A DNA stretch of 64,000 nucleotides from a bacterium. Its GTDB lineage: Bacteria; Patescibacteriota; Patescibacteriia; UBA1558; S5-K13. The notes beneath the pieces were generated by a model, which had not been told where the DNA came from, did no database searches, and saw only the letters and a list, made by a program, of their open reading frames with translations. A program made the translations under genes and the position numbers. Shown here one piece after another: positions 30,576-41,113 of this stretch (positions are counted from its first letter, which is position 1; the number at the start of each line of letters is the position of its first letter). The stretch spans positions 63,435-127,434 of the forward strand of contig JAKPTO010000026.1 of the NCBI GenBank assembly GCA_029555085.1, given 5' to 3'.

Positions 30576-31913
30576 TTAAATTAAAAACTTTTTAAGTTCT
30601 TTTATATTTTTGATACAATTCAAATTAATTCCTTTTACATCAACTGCTTTTTCAAAACTTGGAATAATTATATTTTTAAATCCTAAATTCACTGCTTCTT
30701 TTATTCTCTCTTTTGTTTTTGGTATTTGTCTAATTTCTCCATTGAGTCCTACTTCACCAAAAAATACTGAATTTTCCATAATTTTTTTATTTTCATATGA
30801 TGAATAAATTGCCACCGCAACCGCTAAATCAAGCGCGCGGTCCGAAACTTTGAAGCCACCAGTTAAATTAATATAAACATCATATAAATTTAATTTTAAA
30901 TCTAATTTTGATTGAAGTACTGCTATAAGTAATTCTAATCTTTTCTGATCATAACCAGATACGGTTCTTTTTGGATAACCAAAATTTGTTTTTGATACAA
31001 GTGCTTGAAGTTCTAACATTAAAACCTGATTTCCTTCTATAATAGAAGTAATTGCCGTGCCTGAACTTTCTGGATTAATTGATGACAAATAAATTTTTGA
31101 TGGATTTATCACTTCTTTAAATCCTGATTTTGTCATCTCTAAAATTACCGACTCATCAGTTGCTCCAAATCTATTTTTAACAGATTTCAAAATTCTAAAT
31201 CTATGCAATCTATCACCTTCAAGACTCAGTACGCAATCAACTAAATGTTCCATTGTTTTAGGTCCCGCTAAATCACCTGATTTATTTACATGACTTATGA
31301 TGAGAGTTGCAATATTAAATTTTCTTGCAATTTCCATAATTTTTACAGTACAAGCCCTTACTTGCGCGACTCCACCTGGATCGCTTTCAATCTCACTCGT
31401 GTAAAGTGTTTGAATTGAATCTATAATTAAAAAATCTGGTTTGATTTTTAATATTCCAGCTAGAATTATTTCTATATTATTTTCTGCCAAAAACTTTACT
31501 ACTTTACTATCAACTTCCAATCTATCAAAACGAGATTTTACTGAACTTGCACTCTCTTCTCCTGAAACATATAAAGTATTTAAACTCTTGTTTATAATTT
31601 GAGAAATAATTGTAGATTTTCCAATCCCCGGCTCACCACCAAGTAAAACCAAAGAAGAAGGAACTAATCCTCCTCCGACTACTTTATCAAAATAAGTTAA
31701 TCCTGTTTTTATTTTTTTAACTTGTTCATTTTTTATTTTTGACAAATCTATGAAATCAACTTTTAAATCTTTTAAATTTTCTGTTTTGTCTTTTCTTTCG
31801 TCTTCGATAAATGTTTCTTTTTCTAATGTTCCCCAAGCACCACACTCAATACACTTTCCAGCCCATTTCGGAAATTGTGCTCCACATTTTGAACATGAAT
31901 ATATTGTTTTCAT
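30576..31913 (-). CDS. radA: DNA repair protein RadA/Sms
   Basis: Zn finger CSKCG...CIECG, GEPGIGKST, DSIQT, KNRFG and Lon-like GEVGLNGEIR. Confidence 0.97.
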   Translation of the reverse strand: MKTIYSCSKCGAQFPKWAGKCIECGAWGTLEKETFIEDERKDKTENLKDLKVDFIDLSKIKNEQVKKIKTGLTYFDKVVGGGLVPSSLVLLGGEPGIGKSTIISQIINKSLNTLYVSGEESASSVKSRFDRLEVDSKVVKFLAENNIEIILAGILKIKPDFLIIDSIQTLYTSEIESDPGGVAQVRACTVKIMEIARKFNIATLIISHVNKSGDLAGPKTMEHLVDCVLSLEGDRLHRFRILKSVKNRFGATDESVILEMTKSGFKEVINPSKIYLSSINPESSGTAITSIIEGNQVLMLELQALVSKTNFGYPKRTVSGYDQKRLELLIAVLQSKLDLKLNLYDVYINLTGGFKVSDRALDLAVAVAIYSSYENKKIMENSVFFGEVGLNGEIRQIPKTKERIKEAVNLGFKNIIIPSFEKAVDVKGINLNCIKNIKELKKFLI

Positions 31914-31939
31914 TTAATTATATTAGTTTTATATTTATA

Positions 31940-33352
31940 TTATCTACCGATTCCCTTTCTTGCTATATTCTCAAATCCTAATTCTTTGCATTTATTATAA
32001 CGAGCTAATTTTAAATTACCAGTAGAAATAGCCCACTGACTCGTTGTGCCTCCAGCATATCTTCTAAAACAAAGTTCCAAGTTACCATCTTTACAATACT
32101 GATGTTTCCATCCTAAAACAAAAGCTTCTAAATTAGAATCAATAGTTAATAATGAATCAAAACTAAAACACTTATTTTGATATATAAAACCATTATTATT
32201 ATTACATAAAATATCTTGTTTAGAATGGTAAGTAATTTGACCCAAACCCAATCCAAATGTATAACCTTTTTTATTTATATAGTTTTTCCAATTAGAAATA
32301 GAGACCCCTGGAATATTTTTATCATAAACATACTTAGAGCAATTAGGATTATTACACAACTCTCTTTTATTGCTATTAATTTTTCCTGCCAACCAATCCT
32401 TGCAACAAGAAGGATAAAGATTACATATATGTGCCCTGCGAGCAATAATATCACAAGCCGTGTCTCTAGTAACAGCCGAGTCATTGCCAAATGCTCTTGG
32501 GTCTCCTCCTGATTCTTGATGAATTACAGCATAATAAATACACTCATCTATATTGTTCCACTTAGCAGACTTTTGAATACCAACAATTACTTCCTCAGAA
32601 AAAATATGACTATCACCAACAGATTTTATATTAGACCCAGATCCAATATAAGAACCACTACTAGCTAATTCATATCTATCAACTTCAATAGGTATAATCT
32701 TCTCCACCTTTATTGGTACTATATTCAACAAGGCTGGATTTATTGTTTGGAGTATCAAAACAGAAGAAACGCATAAAACAAACCCTATTAAAGCATTTTG
32801 TAGTCTTGATTTAGCTTCCCCTATTTTACTCTGATTTCCTCCTGCTAATACCCACTGAAAACCAGCCAATATTATTGCTAAAACAGCCACGATTCCTGAT
32901 AAATATATTAAATATCTAAAAAGTACTACTAAAAAATCTCCAATCAAAGCACCGCTTACCTCTACTTCACTTCTAAAACCTGGTATTCCGACTTCTGGAG
33001 TAAATGATATAGATTTTGGTTCCCCAGGAGTTTCATCTACGCCTTCATTTGAATTATTTTGACAATCAGAAGCCCATTGTTTAATAGCCTCCTGTTTATA
33101 GTGATTACGAAATTCAATATCATGCACAACTTCAGCTGGAAATCCAGCTGCCGTATTCTGCAACTCCCTATCCATCCAAGTCGTATACAAACCCTGATAA
33201 TCAACGCTAGATTTATTTAAATCAGTGGCCGGACAATAACTCGGCCTTAAGTATTTTAAATTGGGATCATCCGGTAACTGTGCCTCTACGCCTCTAAAAA
33301 AAAACAGAAACGCTACACTAAAAATAAATAAATATCTCCTTATCTTATTCAT
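31940..33352 (-). CDS. TrbC/VirB2-like pilin domain fused to a lytic transglycosylase (SLT)-like domain
   Basis: Pilin segment LSGIVAVLAIILAGFQWVLAGGNQSKIGEAKSRLQNALIG...ILQTINP, plus SLT motifs AVIHQESGGDP and GLGQIT. Confidence 0.75.
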   Translation of the reverse strand: MNKIRRYLFIFSVAFLFFFRGVEAQLPDDPNLKYLRPSYCPATDLNKSSVDYQGLYTTWMDRELQNTAAGFPAEVVHDIEFRNHYKQEAIKQWASDCQNNSNEGVDETPGEPKSISFTPEVGIPGFRSEVEVSGALIGDFLVVLFRYLIYLSGIVAVLAIILAGFQWVLAGGNQSKIGEAKSRLQNALIGFVLCVSSVLILQTINPALLNIVPIKVEKIIPIEVDRYELASSGSYIGSGSNIKSVGDSHIFSEEVIVGIQKSAKWNNIDECIYYAVIHQESGGDPRAFGNDSAVTRDTACDIIARRAHICNLYPSCCKDWLAGKINSNKRELCNNPNCSKYVYDKNIPGVSISNWKNYINKKGYTFGLGLGQITYHSKQDILCNNNNGFIYQNKCFSFDSLLTIDSNLEAFVLGWKHQYCKDGNLELCFRRYAGGTTSQWAISTGNLKLARYNKCKELGFENIARKGIGR

Positions 33353-33356
33353 ATTT

Positions 33357-34019
33357 TCATTTGATAATTGATTTTATAATATTTTCCAAATTTTCTTGAG
33401 TTATCTCACCTTCAAATTTTTGTTGATTTATAAAAATTGTTGGAATTTGCTCTACTTTAAGCACATATGCCTCCACTATATTATTATCTATATCTTCCAA
33501 GTACTTCTGCGAAGAATAACATGATACAAATTTATTTGTATCCATTTTTAATTTTTCTGAAATTCTTTTATATAAATCTAAAGAAAATTTTTCATCGGTA
33601 TTTAGTAACTCATTATTATATTCCCAATATTTATCCTGCTCAAGAGAACAACGAGCCGCTAGAGCTGAACCCTTTGAAAAAATATTTGTAGAAAGTGGCA
33701 AATCTTTCCAAACCAAATTAACATCTTTTGGATATTTTTTTATTATTTCATCTATAATATTCAAAATATTTTTTGTTTCACTTGTTTCATAATCAGTAAA
33801 TAAATAAATACTAACCTGTGTATTCCTCTCTCCTTTAATTGGATCATTTATAAATGATGATAATAAATATTTTTCTTGGGTCGTGGTTTCCACAATTTGC
33901 TTTTCATTTTTAATTTTTATAATCTTATAAAAATTAAACAAATTATAAAATAAAAAACTAAGACCTATTAGAATAAAAATCATTACAATAATTGAAATTA
34001 TTTTGTCTTGCTTGTTCAT
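33357..34019 (-). CDS. DsbA-like thioredoxin-fold protein lacking CxxC
   Basis: DPIKG, FTDYETSET (CxxC absent), WKDLPL, AARCSLEQDKYWEY and IPTIFIN. Confidence 0.8.
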   Translation of the reverse strand: MNKQDKIISIIVMIFILIGLSFLFYNLFNFYKIIKIKNEKQIVETTTQEKYLLSSFINDPIKGERNTQVSIYLFTDYETSETKNILNIIDEIIKKYPKDVNLVWKDLPLSTNIFSKGSALAARCSLEQDKYWEYNNELLNTDEKFSLDLYKRISEKLKMDTNKFVSCYSSQKYLEDIDNNIVEAYVLKVEQIPTIFINQQKFEGEITQENLENIIKSIIK

Positions 34020-34047
34020 TTTTTTATCAAATATTGAATATTAAATT

Positions 34048-35283
34048 TTATTTCAAATCAATACTATATAGATACCCAGTAGATGAATCTATATAATACA
34101 TCTGTGAATCATTCTGATTCGTATATATCTTATCTATTGAAATTCTATTATTATTTACCATTGGCTGGGCAATTATTTGCTGATTTCCTGTTGATATATT
34201 TATTTTATAAATAGAATAAGGAATTCCACTTGCTAAACCCGGATTAAGCCCAGCTCCTCTTGGCATAGAATCTGGCACAGCACAATAAACAACATCATTA
34301 TTTGATTGACTAAAAGAACATTTATTTATCCAGGTATTTATTCCCATAGATACCTTCCCATAACCCAAATCGTCTCCCTGACCATTTGCAAACCACAAAG
34401 TTGGCTTAAAATCGCTTCTCTGTGATGTAACATTATATAGAAGTTTATCGCCTTGCGTATTCCACATACCATCAAAATTAAAACCATCAACAACCAATGA
34501 TCTTAAATTTTTATCATCTTCATTGATAAAATATATTTCCTGTCTTTCTAAATCATATTGTTTTCTAAAGGTTGCCATCACCTCGCCATTTGGGCTCCAA
34601 ATATTTTTTATATTCCTTGCCTGATCAGCTATCGGCCTTATAAATTTGAAATTACTCGCGTCTGAATTAGAAGTGACTAAATAATTCTGATCTTCATAAT
34701 CACCCATCCATTTATAAGACAATTTATCACCTGTTTCAGAAAAAGCAAAGTCTTGAGTTTCTTGTGGAAATCTTGCTATAAATTCTTCTCTTTCAAAATC
34801 ATACAATACTTTTGTATTATCTGGATATTCTAAAATTGCTTGATTTTTTGTGGGTGAAAAAGTTGCATTAGTTACAGAATAAAATTTCCTATCAGATAAT
34901 TTAGAAATAGTACCATCCCCTGAAACCTTGAAAAAACTCTGATTCAAATTATCATAATACACAACTCCATTATTTACTGCGCTATAAGTGTTTATGCTTG
35001 CTATATTTTTACCAACAACTTCTTGAGAATTTGTTACTAGCTCTTCATCTGTTCCCATAATTTCTGGTTTAGTTGTGATAATTGTCTCGCCTCCAGTATC
35101 TATTATCTGCGGACCACCAATACCAACATCTGGAAACCCTACATCACTAGGCGTGGTATCAATTGGTGAAGAAATTGGTTCTTGCTTTCTTGCAAAAAAT
35201 GTAAAATAAATAAGAAAAGCCATTCCGATACTAACCGCTAAAAAAAGTAATATTAAAATTATTTTTTTTGTATTTTCAGGCAT
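34048..35283 (-). CDS. Membrane-anchored beta-propeller-like hypothetical protein
   Basis: N-terminal TM, Pro/Thr linker and TolB-like FSP/WSP repeats. Confidence 0.7.
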   Translation of the reverse strand: MPENTKKIILILLFLAVSIGMAFLIYFTFFARKQEPISSPIDTTPSDVGFPDVGIGGPQIIDTGGETIITTKPEIMGTDEELVTNSQEVVGKNIASINTYSAVNNGVVYYDNLNQSFFKVSGDGTISKLSDRKFYSVTNATFSPTKNQAILEYPDNTKVLYDFEREEFIARFPQETQDFAFSETGDKLSYKWMGDYEDQNYLVTSNSDASNFKFIRPIADQARNIKNIWSPNGEVMATFRKQYDLERQEIYFINEDDKNLRSLVVDGFNFDGMWNTQGDKLLYNVTSQRSDFKPTLWFANGQGDDLGYGKVSMGINTWINKCSFSQSNNDVVYCAVPDSMPRGAGLNPGLASGIPYSIYKINISTGNQQIIAQPMVNNNRISIDKIYTNQNDSQMYYIDSSTGYLYSIDLK

Positions 35284-35401
35284 TGTAATTTTATTATTTT
35301 ATAAAATATTTAAATTAATTTTTTATAATTTATCATCAATCGCCACCAAATATTGATAAAAAATACTATCCATTCTTTCACAGTTAAACTTTTCAACGTT
35401 T

Positions 35402-36295
35402 CTAAGTAACCCCTAGTAAATCCCCTATTGCAGACTTTAGTAAGTCTAATAAATCTTTTATAGCATCGATAGGATCTGTTAAAATATACCCTATTAAAAA
35501 TAATAGTAAAAATATAATTGTCAAAAGTGCTATAATTATAGCTCCTATAAGAACAAAAGCTATCATTGCTCCATGGTTCATTTTATCCTTACCTTCTAAT
35601 ATTTCTTTTGTCGCTAGGGCTGGATTTGTTATAGAAACAAAATGACAAAATAACTGACTACCCATTATATATTTACCTATAAAATGAAATGCCAAATAAA
35701 ACCATGTTAAACCATAACTATCGATTAAATGTTCATAAGAAAACTTATAGGCGGCAAAAGATGCTAACTTTAATTTGTTTTTAGCTTTTGTTTTAGCATC
35801 AGCTGCCTTTTTCTTAATATTAGCAATTCCCTGTCCTAATTTACTATTTCTTAATTTCTCTTTTTGTCTTTCTAAAAATCTTGCCTTTTGTTTTGCCTGT
35901 TCAAGAGCTGCTTTTGGATTTTCATCTGGATCAATGGTTTGAGAAATTTCTGAATTATCATTCTGAGCATTGACATTATCTGAATTATCTTGATTTGTAT
36001 CTGATTGCCTGTAGTCTGGTTGTTGATTTATTGCACCAATGGTACTTAAAGGTAAATCGCTATTGCTTGGCCTAACTAATCCACTCTCACCCTCTCTTTT
36101 CGCAGTCTCCCTACCCTGTCTTAACTGTGAAATAGGCCCCCTTAAATCTTCTGGGGTCGACGCCTCTTCCAAAAATTCTGTTCCATATTTTATAGAGGAT
36201 TTAACTCCCCCAGTAATACCACCAACTTCATTTCTAACTGCACCAGCAACAGTTTTAAAGCGTCTCCCAATAGTTGATGATGCTTTACTTGGCAT
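35402..36295 (-). CDS. Hypothetical membrane protein
   Basis: 297-aa ORF with a low-complexity N-terminus and C-terminal TM helices. Confidence 0.7.
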   Translation of the reverse strand: MPSKASSTIGRRFKTVAGAVRNEVGGITGGVKSSIKYGTEFLEEASTPEDLRGPISQLRQGRETAKREGESGLVRPSNSDLPLSTIGAINQQPDYRQSDTNQDNSDNVNAQNDNSEISQTIDPDENPKAALEQAKQKARFLERQKEKLRNSKLGQGIANIKKKAADAKTKAKNKLKLASFAAYKFSYEHLIDSYGLTWFYLAFHFIGKYIMGSQLFCHFVSITNPALATKEILEGKDKMNHGAMIAFVLIGAIIIALLTIIFLLLFLIGYILTDPIDAIKDLLDLLKSAIGDLLGVT

Positions 36296-36299
36296 AATA

Positions 36300-36863
36300 T
36301 TATTTCCATGAAACAGAATCTACTAACCATTTATCATTTACAAAAACTAATGACAAATCTGCTTTTTTATAAAAAGTTGCTTCTTCTCCGTTTTTCGATT
36401 CTATTTGCTGTAATTGAAGAGAAACAAGCGCCGAATTATTATCTAACTCTAAAATCGTTGCATTTATAAGTTTAGTAGTTATTCCATAATAATTTTTATT
36501 ATCTGAAAAATTAGCATTACTTGATATATAATTTTTTGCCTGACTATACATATGATCAGTTATCATTGGAGAAATAAGTTCATAAAAATCTTCTGTTTGA
36601 TTTGACCACGATCCATAGCGTTCTATAAAATTTCTCGCAGTTTCGATTACTAATGAATTTTCATCAATTTTTGCATTAGATTCAAATTCTAATGAGTTAA
36701 ATTCTTCTTTTTTAGGTTCTTCCATAACCTGCTGTGGCGGAATCTGATCCTCTGGTTTTATAATTTCCTGTTTTGGTTTTTTAAAAAATATAATTAAAAA
36801 AGTCAGCAATATAATTATTATTAAAATAACCAAGATAATTATTTGTTTTTTATTTATTTGCAT
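36300..36863 (-). CDS. Hypothetical bitopic protein (possible NTF2/VirB8-like fold)
   Basis: TM anchor, ARNFIERYGSWSNQ and C-terminal WLVD. Next to the VirB4-like gene. Confidence 0.65.
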   Translation of the reverse strand: MQINKKQIIILVILIIIILLTFLIIFFKKPKQEIIKPEDQIPPQQVMEEPKKEEFNSLEFESNAKIDENSLVIETARNFIERYGSWSNQTEDFYELISPMITDHMYSQAKNYISSNANFSDNKNYYGITTKLINATILELDNNSALVSLQLQQIESKNGEEATFYKKADLSLVFVNDKWLVDSVSWK

Positions 36864-36895
36864 ACAATTTTATTTCAATTAATTATTATATTAAA

Positions 36896-38761
36896 TTAAT
36901 TTTGAATCCTATTTAATTGTTCAAATTCTTTTTTTGCGGCTTCTATTTCAAGTAATTGTCTTGGATCTGATGTGATTAGTTGATCCTCTGTGTACGATGC
37001 TTCAATTTGAATAGCAACATGTTTATTTCCAGCAAAAAATATTCCCTGACCAACTTTTCCTTGTAATAATAAATATTTTTCTTCCTGGGTTAATAAAAAT
37101 GTTTTTTGTATTAACTCAATAGCCGCTGGAGATTGTTTTAATAATAATTGCAAAGCCGAATTTGTAACTATTGCTTGTCCATACGGAGAAATCAAGAAAT
37201 CATTCACATCCTGAGTTATAGTTGTCACTCCTAAATAATATTTTCTACATCTTTTGACAAGTGAAAAAATAAACTTAGCGCTATCTTCGTGTTGCATTAA
37301 CCACCAAGCCTCATCAATAATTAATATTCTTTTTTTCATACTTGACCGAACTATATTCCATATATAATTTATTATTGTATAAATTGCTATAGGACGAAGT
37401 TCATCTTCTAAATCTCTAACACTGAAAACCACTAACTGATTTGATATATTAACATTGGTTGGGCTATTAAATAATCCGGAAAATGTTCCTTCTGTATATT
37501 TTTTAATTCTCTGAGCTAAATTTTCTCCCCCCTGAATTCCTTCTAAAACTTCCTCAAAATCTTTCATAAGTGGAGATTCTATATTGTCTATATCACTGTC
37601 TTCAGTTATATCTTTTTTTGCGTATGTTTCTACTAATGCTCTATCAACAATTGAATCTTCCAGATGCGTCAAATCTCCAACCATTAATCTAGTCAATCCC
37701 TTTAGAGTTATAACTGCGCTTCTTATTATATCACCAATTCTCATTTCCTTTGTAAGTCCACGCGGTAAATCAAATGGATTTAATTTACTTTCTGAATTAA
37801 GAGATAAATTAATATATGTTCCTCCAACTGCCTCGCATAAATGTTCATATTCCTTTTCTGGATCTATAATTATTATATCCGTTCCCAACATCATACTACG
37901 CAAAACTTCTAATTTCACTGCATATGATTTACCGGCGCCAGATGTAGCAAAAACAACGGAATTTGCATTTTGAAGAGAAAATCTGTCAAAAAGTATTAAA
38001 CTATTATTGTGTCTATTTATACCATATAAAATTCCGTCATTACTTGTAAGTTCCGAGGAAATAAACGGAAAAGATGCCGAAGCAGGAGATGAATTCATGT
38101 TACTTACTATATACAACTCGTCATTACCCATAGGAAGCGTGCTATTAAATCCCTGTTTTGAGGTAAACAAAGAACGCTTTGTGAAAATTAATTTTGATCC
38201 AAAAATATTTTCAACAGTTTCTAATCTTTTATCTAAATCTTCCTTATTATCAGCATAAATTGTTACATAAAATCCTATTTGAAAAAATCTCTCAACACCC
38301 TGTGTTAAATTATCTCTTAATTGTTCTATATCTGATAATGCTGTTTCAAGTTGTGGATCACGCGGTGAACCCTTTTCAGCATCAAGAGATAATTGAGCTT
38401 CTATGTTTCCAACTTTATTCTTTAATTTTTTCAAAATTTTAGGAGAATCAACCGGATAATAATAAATAGCTACATCAAGAGGAATTGAATAATTAATAAC
38501 CGGCGCAAACCAACCTATTTGTATAAATCTTGGATATGTTACCACATAAAGAGTACTTATAAATTTATCATTTAATCTCAAAAAAGAACTCTCAACCCTA
38601 TATGCTGATGGGGAAATAAGATCTTTAACAAAAATAGCGCCTCTTCTATAAATCTTTTCAGCCTCAAGAAGTTCTTTTTGTTCTTGAATATTTACAGAGG
38701 ATTTCTTTACTTTCTGCTCTTTTATCTGTAGTTGTTTTTCTAATTTTTTTGTTTTAAACAT
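36896..38761 (-). CDS. VirB4/TraC-family ATPase
   Basis: Walker A ATSGAGKS, IIDPEKEY, LNPFD, Walker B IIDEAW, KRCRKY and ITQDVNDF. Confidence 0.9.
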   Translation of the reverse strand: MFKTKKLEKQLQIKEQKVKKSSVNIQEQKELLEAEKIYRRGAIFVKDLISPSAYRVESSFLRLNDKFISTLYVVTYPRFIQIGWFAPVINYSIPLDVAIYYYPVDSPKILKKLKNKVGNIEAQLSLDAEKGSPRDPQLETALSDIEQLRDNLTQGVERFFQIGFYVTIYADNKEDLDKRLETVENIFGSKLIFTKRSLFTSKQGFNSTLPMGNDELYIVSNMNSSPASASFPFISSELTSNDGILYGINRHNNSLILFDRFSLQNANSVVFATSGAGKSYAVKLEVLRSMMLGTDIIIIDPEKEYEHLCEAVGGTYINLSLNSESKLNPFDLPRGLTKEMRIGDIIRSAVITLKGLTRLMVGDLTHLEDSIVDRALVETYAKKDITEDSDIDNIESPLMKDFEEVLEGIQGGENLAQRIKKYTEGTFSGLFNSPTNVNISNQLVVFSVRDLEDELRPIAIYTIINYIWNIVRSSMKKRILIIDEAWWLMQHEDSAKFIFSLVKRCRKYYLGVTTITQDVNDFLISPYGQAIVTNSALQLLLKQSPAAIELIQKTFLLTQEEKYLLLQGKVGQGIFFAGNKHVAIQIEASYTEDQLITSDPRQLLEIEAAKKEFEQLNRIQN

Positions 38762-38780
38762 CTATATTAAATAAAAATTA

Positions 38781-39452
38781 TTATTGATCTATTTGTAATT
38801 TATCTATATCTTTCAACTTCTGACTTTTTGCGACTTCTGGATTATAAGAATTATAATATAACTCTATCAAACTAGTTGTATCAAGTGGCACTGCCTGTAA
38901 ACCTATGGATTCTAGTCCGTCTTGAACCTGAACAACCCTTCTATATAATTGATCTCTATATTCAATTAATTGTTTTTTCTTCATGGAAATTTCTCCTGAT
39001 GCGGAAAATAAATCAGACAAGCGTGTAAAAAAATTTCTTTTAAATTGGGTTGCAACTGAGTAAGGGACTACAACATAAAACTTTTTTGTCATAATTGCCT
39101 GAAGTTCAAGTAATTCGTTTATAAATTGTAAATAATCTAGAGTTTGCATTCTTAACAATTCGTTAGTTTGTTGCTTGGCCAATTTATCTAATTTTTCAAT
39201 GTATGAATCTATATCAATATTTCTTGATTGAATCACAATTTGCAATGGATATGAAAGGGAATTTAAAAAAGAATAATATCCACTGATCATGCTTTCTTGT
39301 TCGTCTTGATTTTTAAGCGCAAAATTAATAGAAGAAACCATAAGCACAGCTCTTACTGTTCCGTCTTTTAGTATGACCATATCATCAACAATATCTGATA
39401 TATTGAGTATTTCTTGTGTTGATTTTTGAGTTGGTAATTTTTTATTATTCAT
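38781..39452 (-). CDS. Conserved protein of PrgI/VirB4 clusters (TraC-associated)
   Basis: STQE.L.I..I.DD, RAVLMVSSINFALK, FLNSL.YPLQI and KKFYVVVPY. Lies between PrgI and VirB4. Confidence 0.75.
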   Translation of the reverse strand: MNNKKLPTQKSTQEILNISDIVDDMVILKDGTVRAVLMVSSINFALKNQDEQESMISGYYSFLNSLSYPLQIVIQSRNIDIDSYIEKLDKLAKQQTNELLRMQTLDYLQFINELLELQAIMTKKFYVVVPYSVATQFKRNFFTRLSDLFSASGEISMKKKQLIEYRDQLYRRVVQVQDGLESIGLQAVPLDTTSLIELYYNSYNPEVAKSQKLKDIDKLQIDQ

Positions 39453-39506
39453 ATTATATTAAATGCGATTCAGCTATAAATATTATTGTAAATTTTATCA
39501 TTTTGT

Positions 39507-39944
39507 TTAATTTATATTATTTTCCTCTTCACCAACATATGCTCCACCAGTATCAATAATTAAAGATATTTCATTCAATCTTGCTCTCGGTAAAGCCTTG
39601 GGTTGAAAAACATAATTATCTTTTTTCACATCTTCTTTTATAGTTTTCTTTACAATTACTTCTTTTTTCTGCCAAACTGCCATACGAGGAACTTTAAAAA
39701 GAAAAATTAGTATATCTAAGAAAAAATTATGAAAATTCTTTCCATTAACTTTTACAAATGCAAAAACAATAGTGAGTGGGGCTATGAATGCCGTCTGTAG
39801 TAAAAATAAACTAAAATCACTTAATTTAAATGATGCAAAAATCAAAATTCCACCAACAGTACAAATTAAAAATTGTCTCACTGTAATAGGACCAAATATT
39901 CTATCTTCTACTTCAATAAATTGTGGAATAATAAAGTTGCTCAT
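39507..39944 (-). CDS. PrgI-family protein
   Basis: IPQFIEVEDRIFGPITVRQF followed by two TM helices. Confidence 0.85.
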   Translation of the reverse strand: MSNFIIPQFIEVEDRIFGPITVRQFLICTVGGILIFASFKLSDFSLFLLQTAFIAPLTIVFAFVKVNGKNFHNFFLDILIFLFKVPRMAVWQKKEVIVKKTIKEDVKKDNYVFQPKALPRARLNEISLIIDTGGAYVGEEENNIN

Positions 39945-39962
39945 AAATTAAATTATAATATT

Positions 39963-41042
39963 CTAAAATTTTATTTTTTTATTTATATCAGAAATTGCTT
40001 GAAACTCCTCTAATGTTATTGTTTTTTCGTTCGCGAGAATTTTTTGTTCTATAATTTTATTCACCGGAATATTTTTCTCCATACTTTCCCTCCCTAGCAT
40101 TAAATAAATTTTATAAATTTCACTATTTCTCCAATTTTTTATTGCAAGAACTTTTTTCAAGACAGATTCTTTTCCAAAAGAATTTATTATATCCATAATA
40201 CGCTGCGCTGCTTCGATTGGATTATTTGATATTCTCCTAAAAATACTTATATTTATTTCTCCAAGTTCCTCTACTGGGCTTATAACTTTGGGCTTTTGCT
40301 TTACGTCTCTTATTTTTTTTCTATTTATAGATGAAGTACCTATATTTCTTTTTACAAAAGGAATATTTGAATTAATTGGTTTAATTTGTATTTGCTGGCG
40401 TGGATCTAAATTTGAAAGATGTTCTGTTTTTTGTATCTCTTCTTCTTGTTGCGAAAATTCTTGAGCGTTTAAATCATTCTGAATTGTTCCGCGTGTTTCA
40501 TCAATCTTGTCTCTTATTTCTGAAAGTAATTTTAAAATATTCTCTGCTTTATTTTTATCCAAACCTATACCAGAATCATTAATTCTTTTAGTTAATAATT
40601 CCTGCACATCTAATTTTTCTCTTGTGTGTTTTAAAAACGAAAAAATTATATTATAAAATCTTGACTCAAGTTGCGGAATCAATTCAACCTGATTTGATTC
40701 TATAATTCTTTCTAGAATTTTTTTTAAACTATATCTTTTAACTTGTGAATCTAATTTTTCTAATTTTTGCTTGTGCTTTGCAATTTCATCTTTATCATCA
40801 ATATTAAAATAAAATTCGGCTTTCTTTTTATCAAAAACCATTGGAGGTGGAGGTGGCAAAATTTTTTCTTCAAGACCAGTGTCTAAAACAGCAGGAGTTG
40901 ATTTCTCTTCTTTTATTTCCATATCAAAATCTGATAAACTTCCCTGAGAAAAAATCTTAAAAGAATCATTTTGCTTTATCAATATTTCGTCATCTATATC
41001 AGAAAAACTGCCAAGTGAGTTATTTGTATTTTCGTCTGGCAT
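39963..41042 (-). CDS. Hypothetical protein
   Basis: 359-aa ORF heading the PrgI/VirB4 cluster; PVEEL and WRNSEIYKIY motifs. Confidence 0.75.
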   Translation of the reverse strand: MPDENTNNSLGSFSDIDDEILIKQNDSFKIFSQGSLSDFDMEIKEEKSTPAVLDTGLEEKILPPPPPMVFDKKKAEFYFNIDDKDEIAKHKQKLEKLDSQVKRYSLKKILERIIESNQVELIPQLESRFYNIIFSFLKHTREKLDVQELLTKRINDSGIGLDKNKAENILKLLSEIRDKIDETRGTIQNDLNAQEFSQQEEEIQKTEHLSNLDPRQQIQIKPINSNIPFVKRNIGTSSINRKKIRDVKQKPKVISPVEELGEINISIFRRISNNPIEAAQRIMDIINSFGKESVLKKVLAIKNWRNSEIYKIYLMLGRESMEKNIPVNKIIEQKILANEKTITLEEFQAISDINKKIKF

Positions 41043-41113
41043 TTTGTTTTTGTTACACTATTTATTATTCTTTAATTATAACATATTTTAAGACTTTTTG
41101 GTAAAATAAAGTC

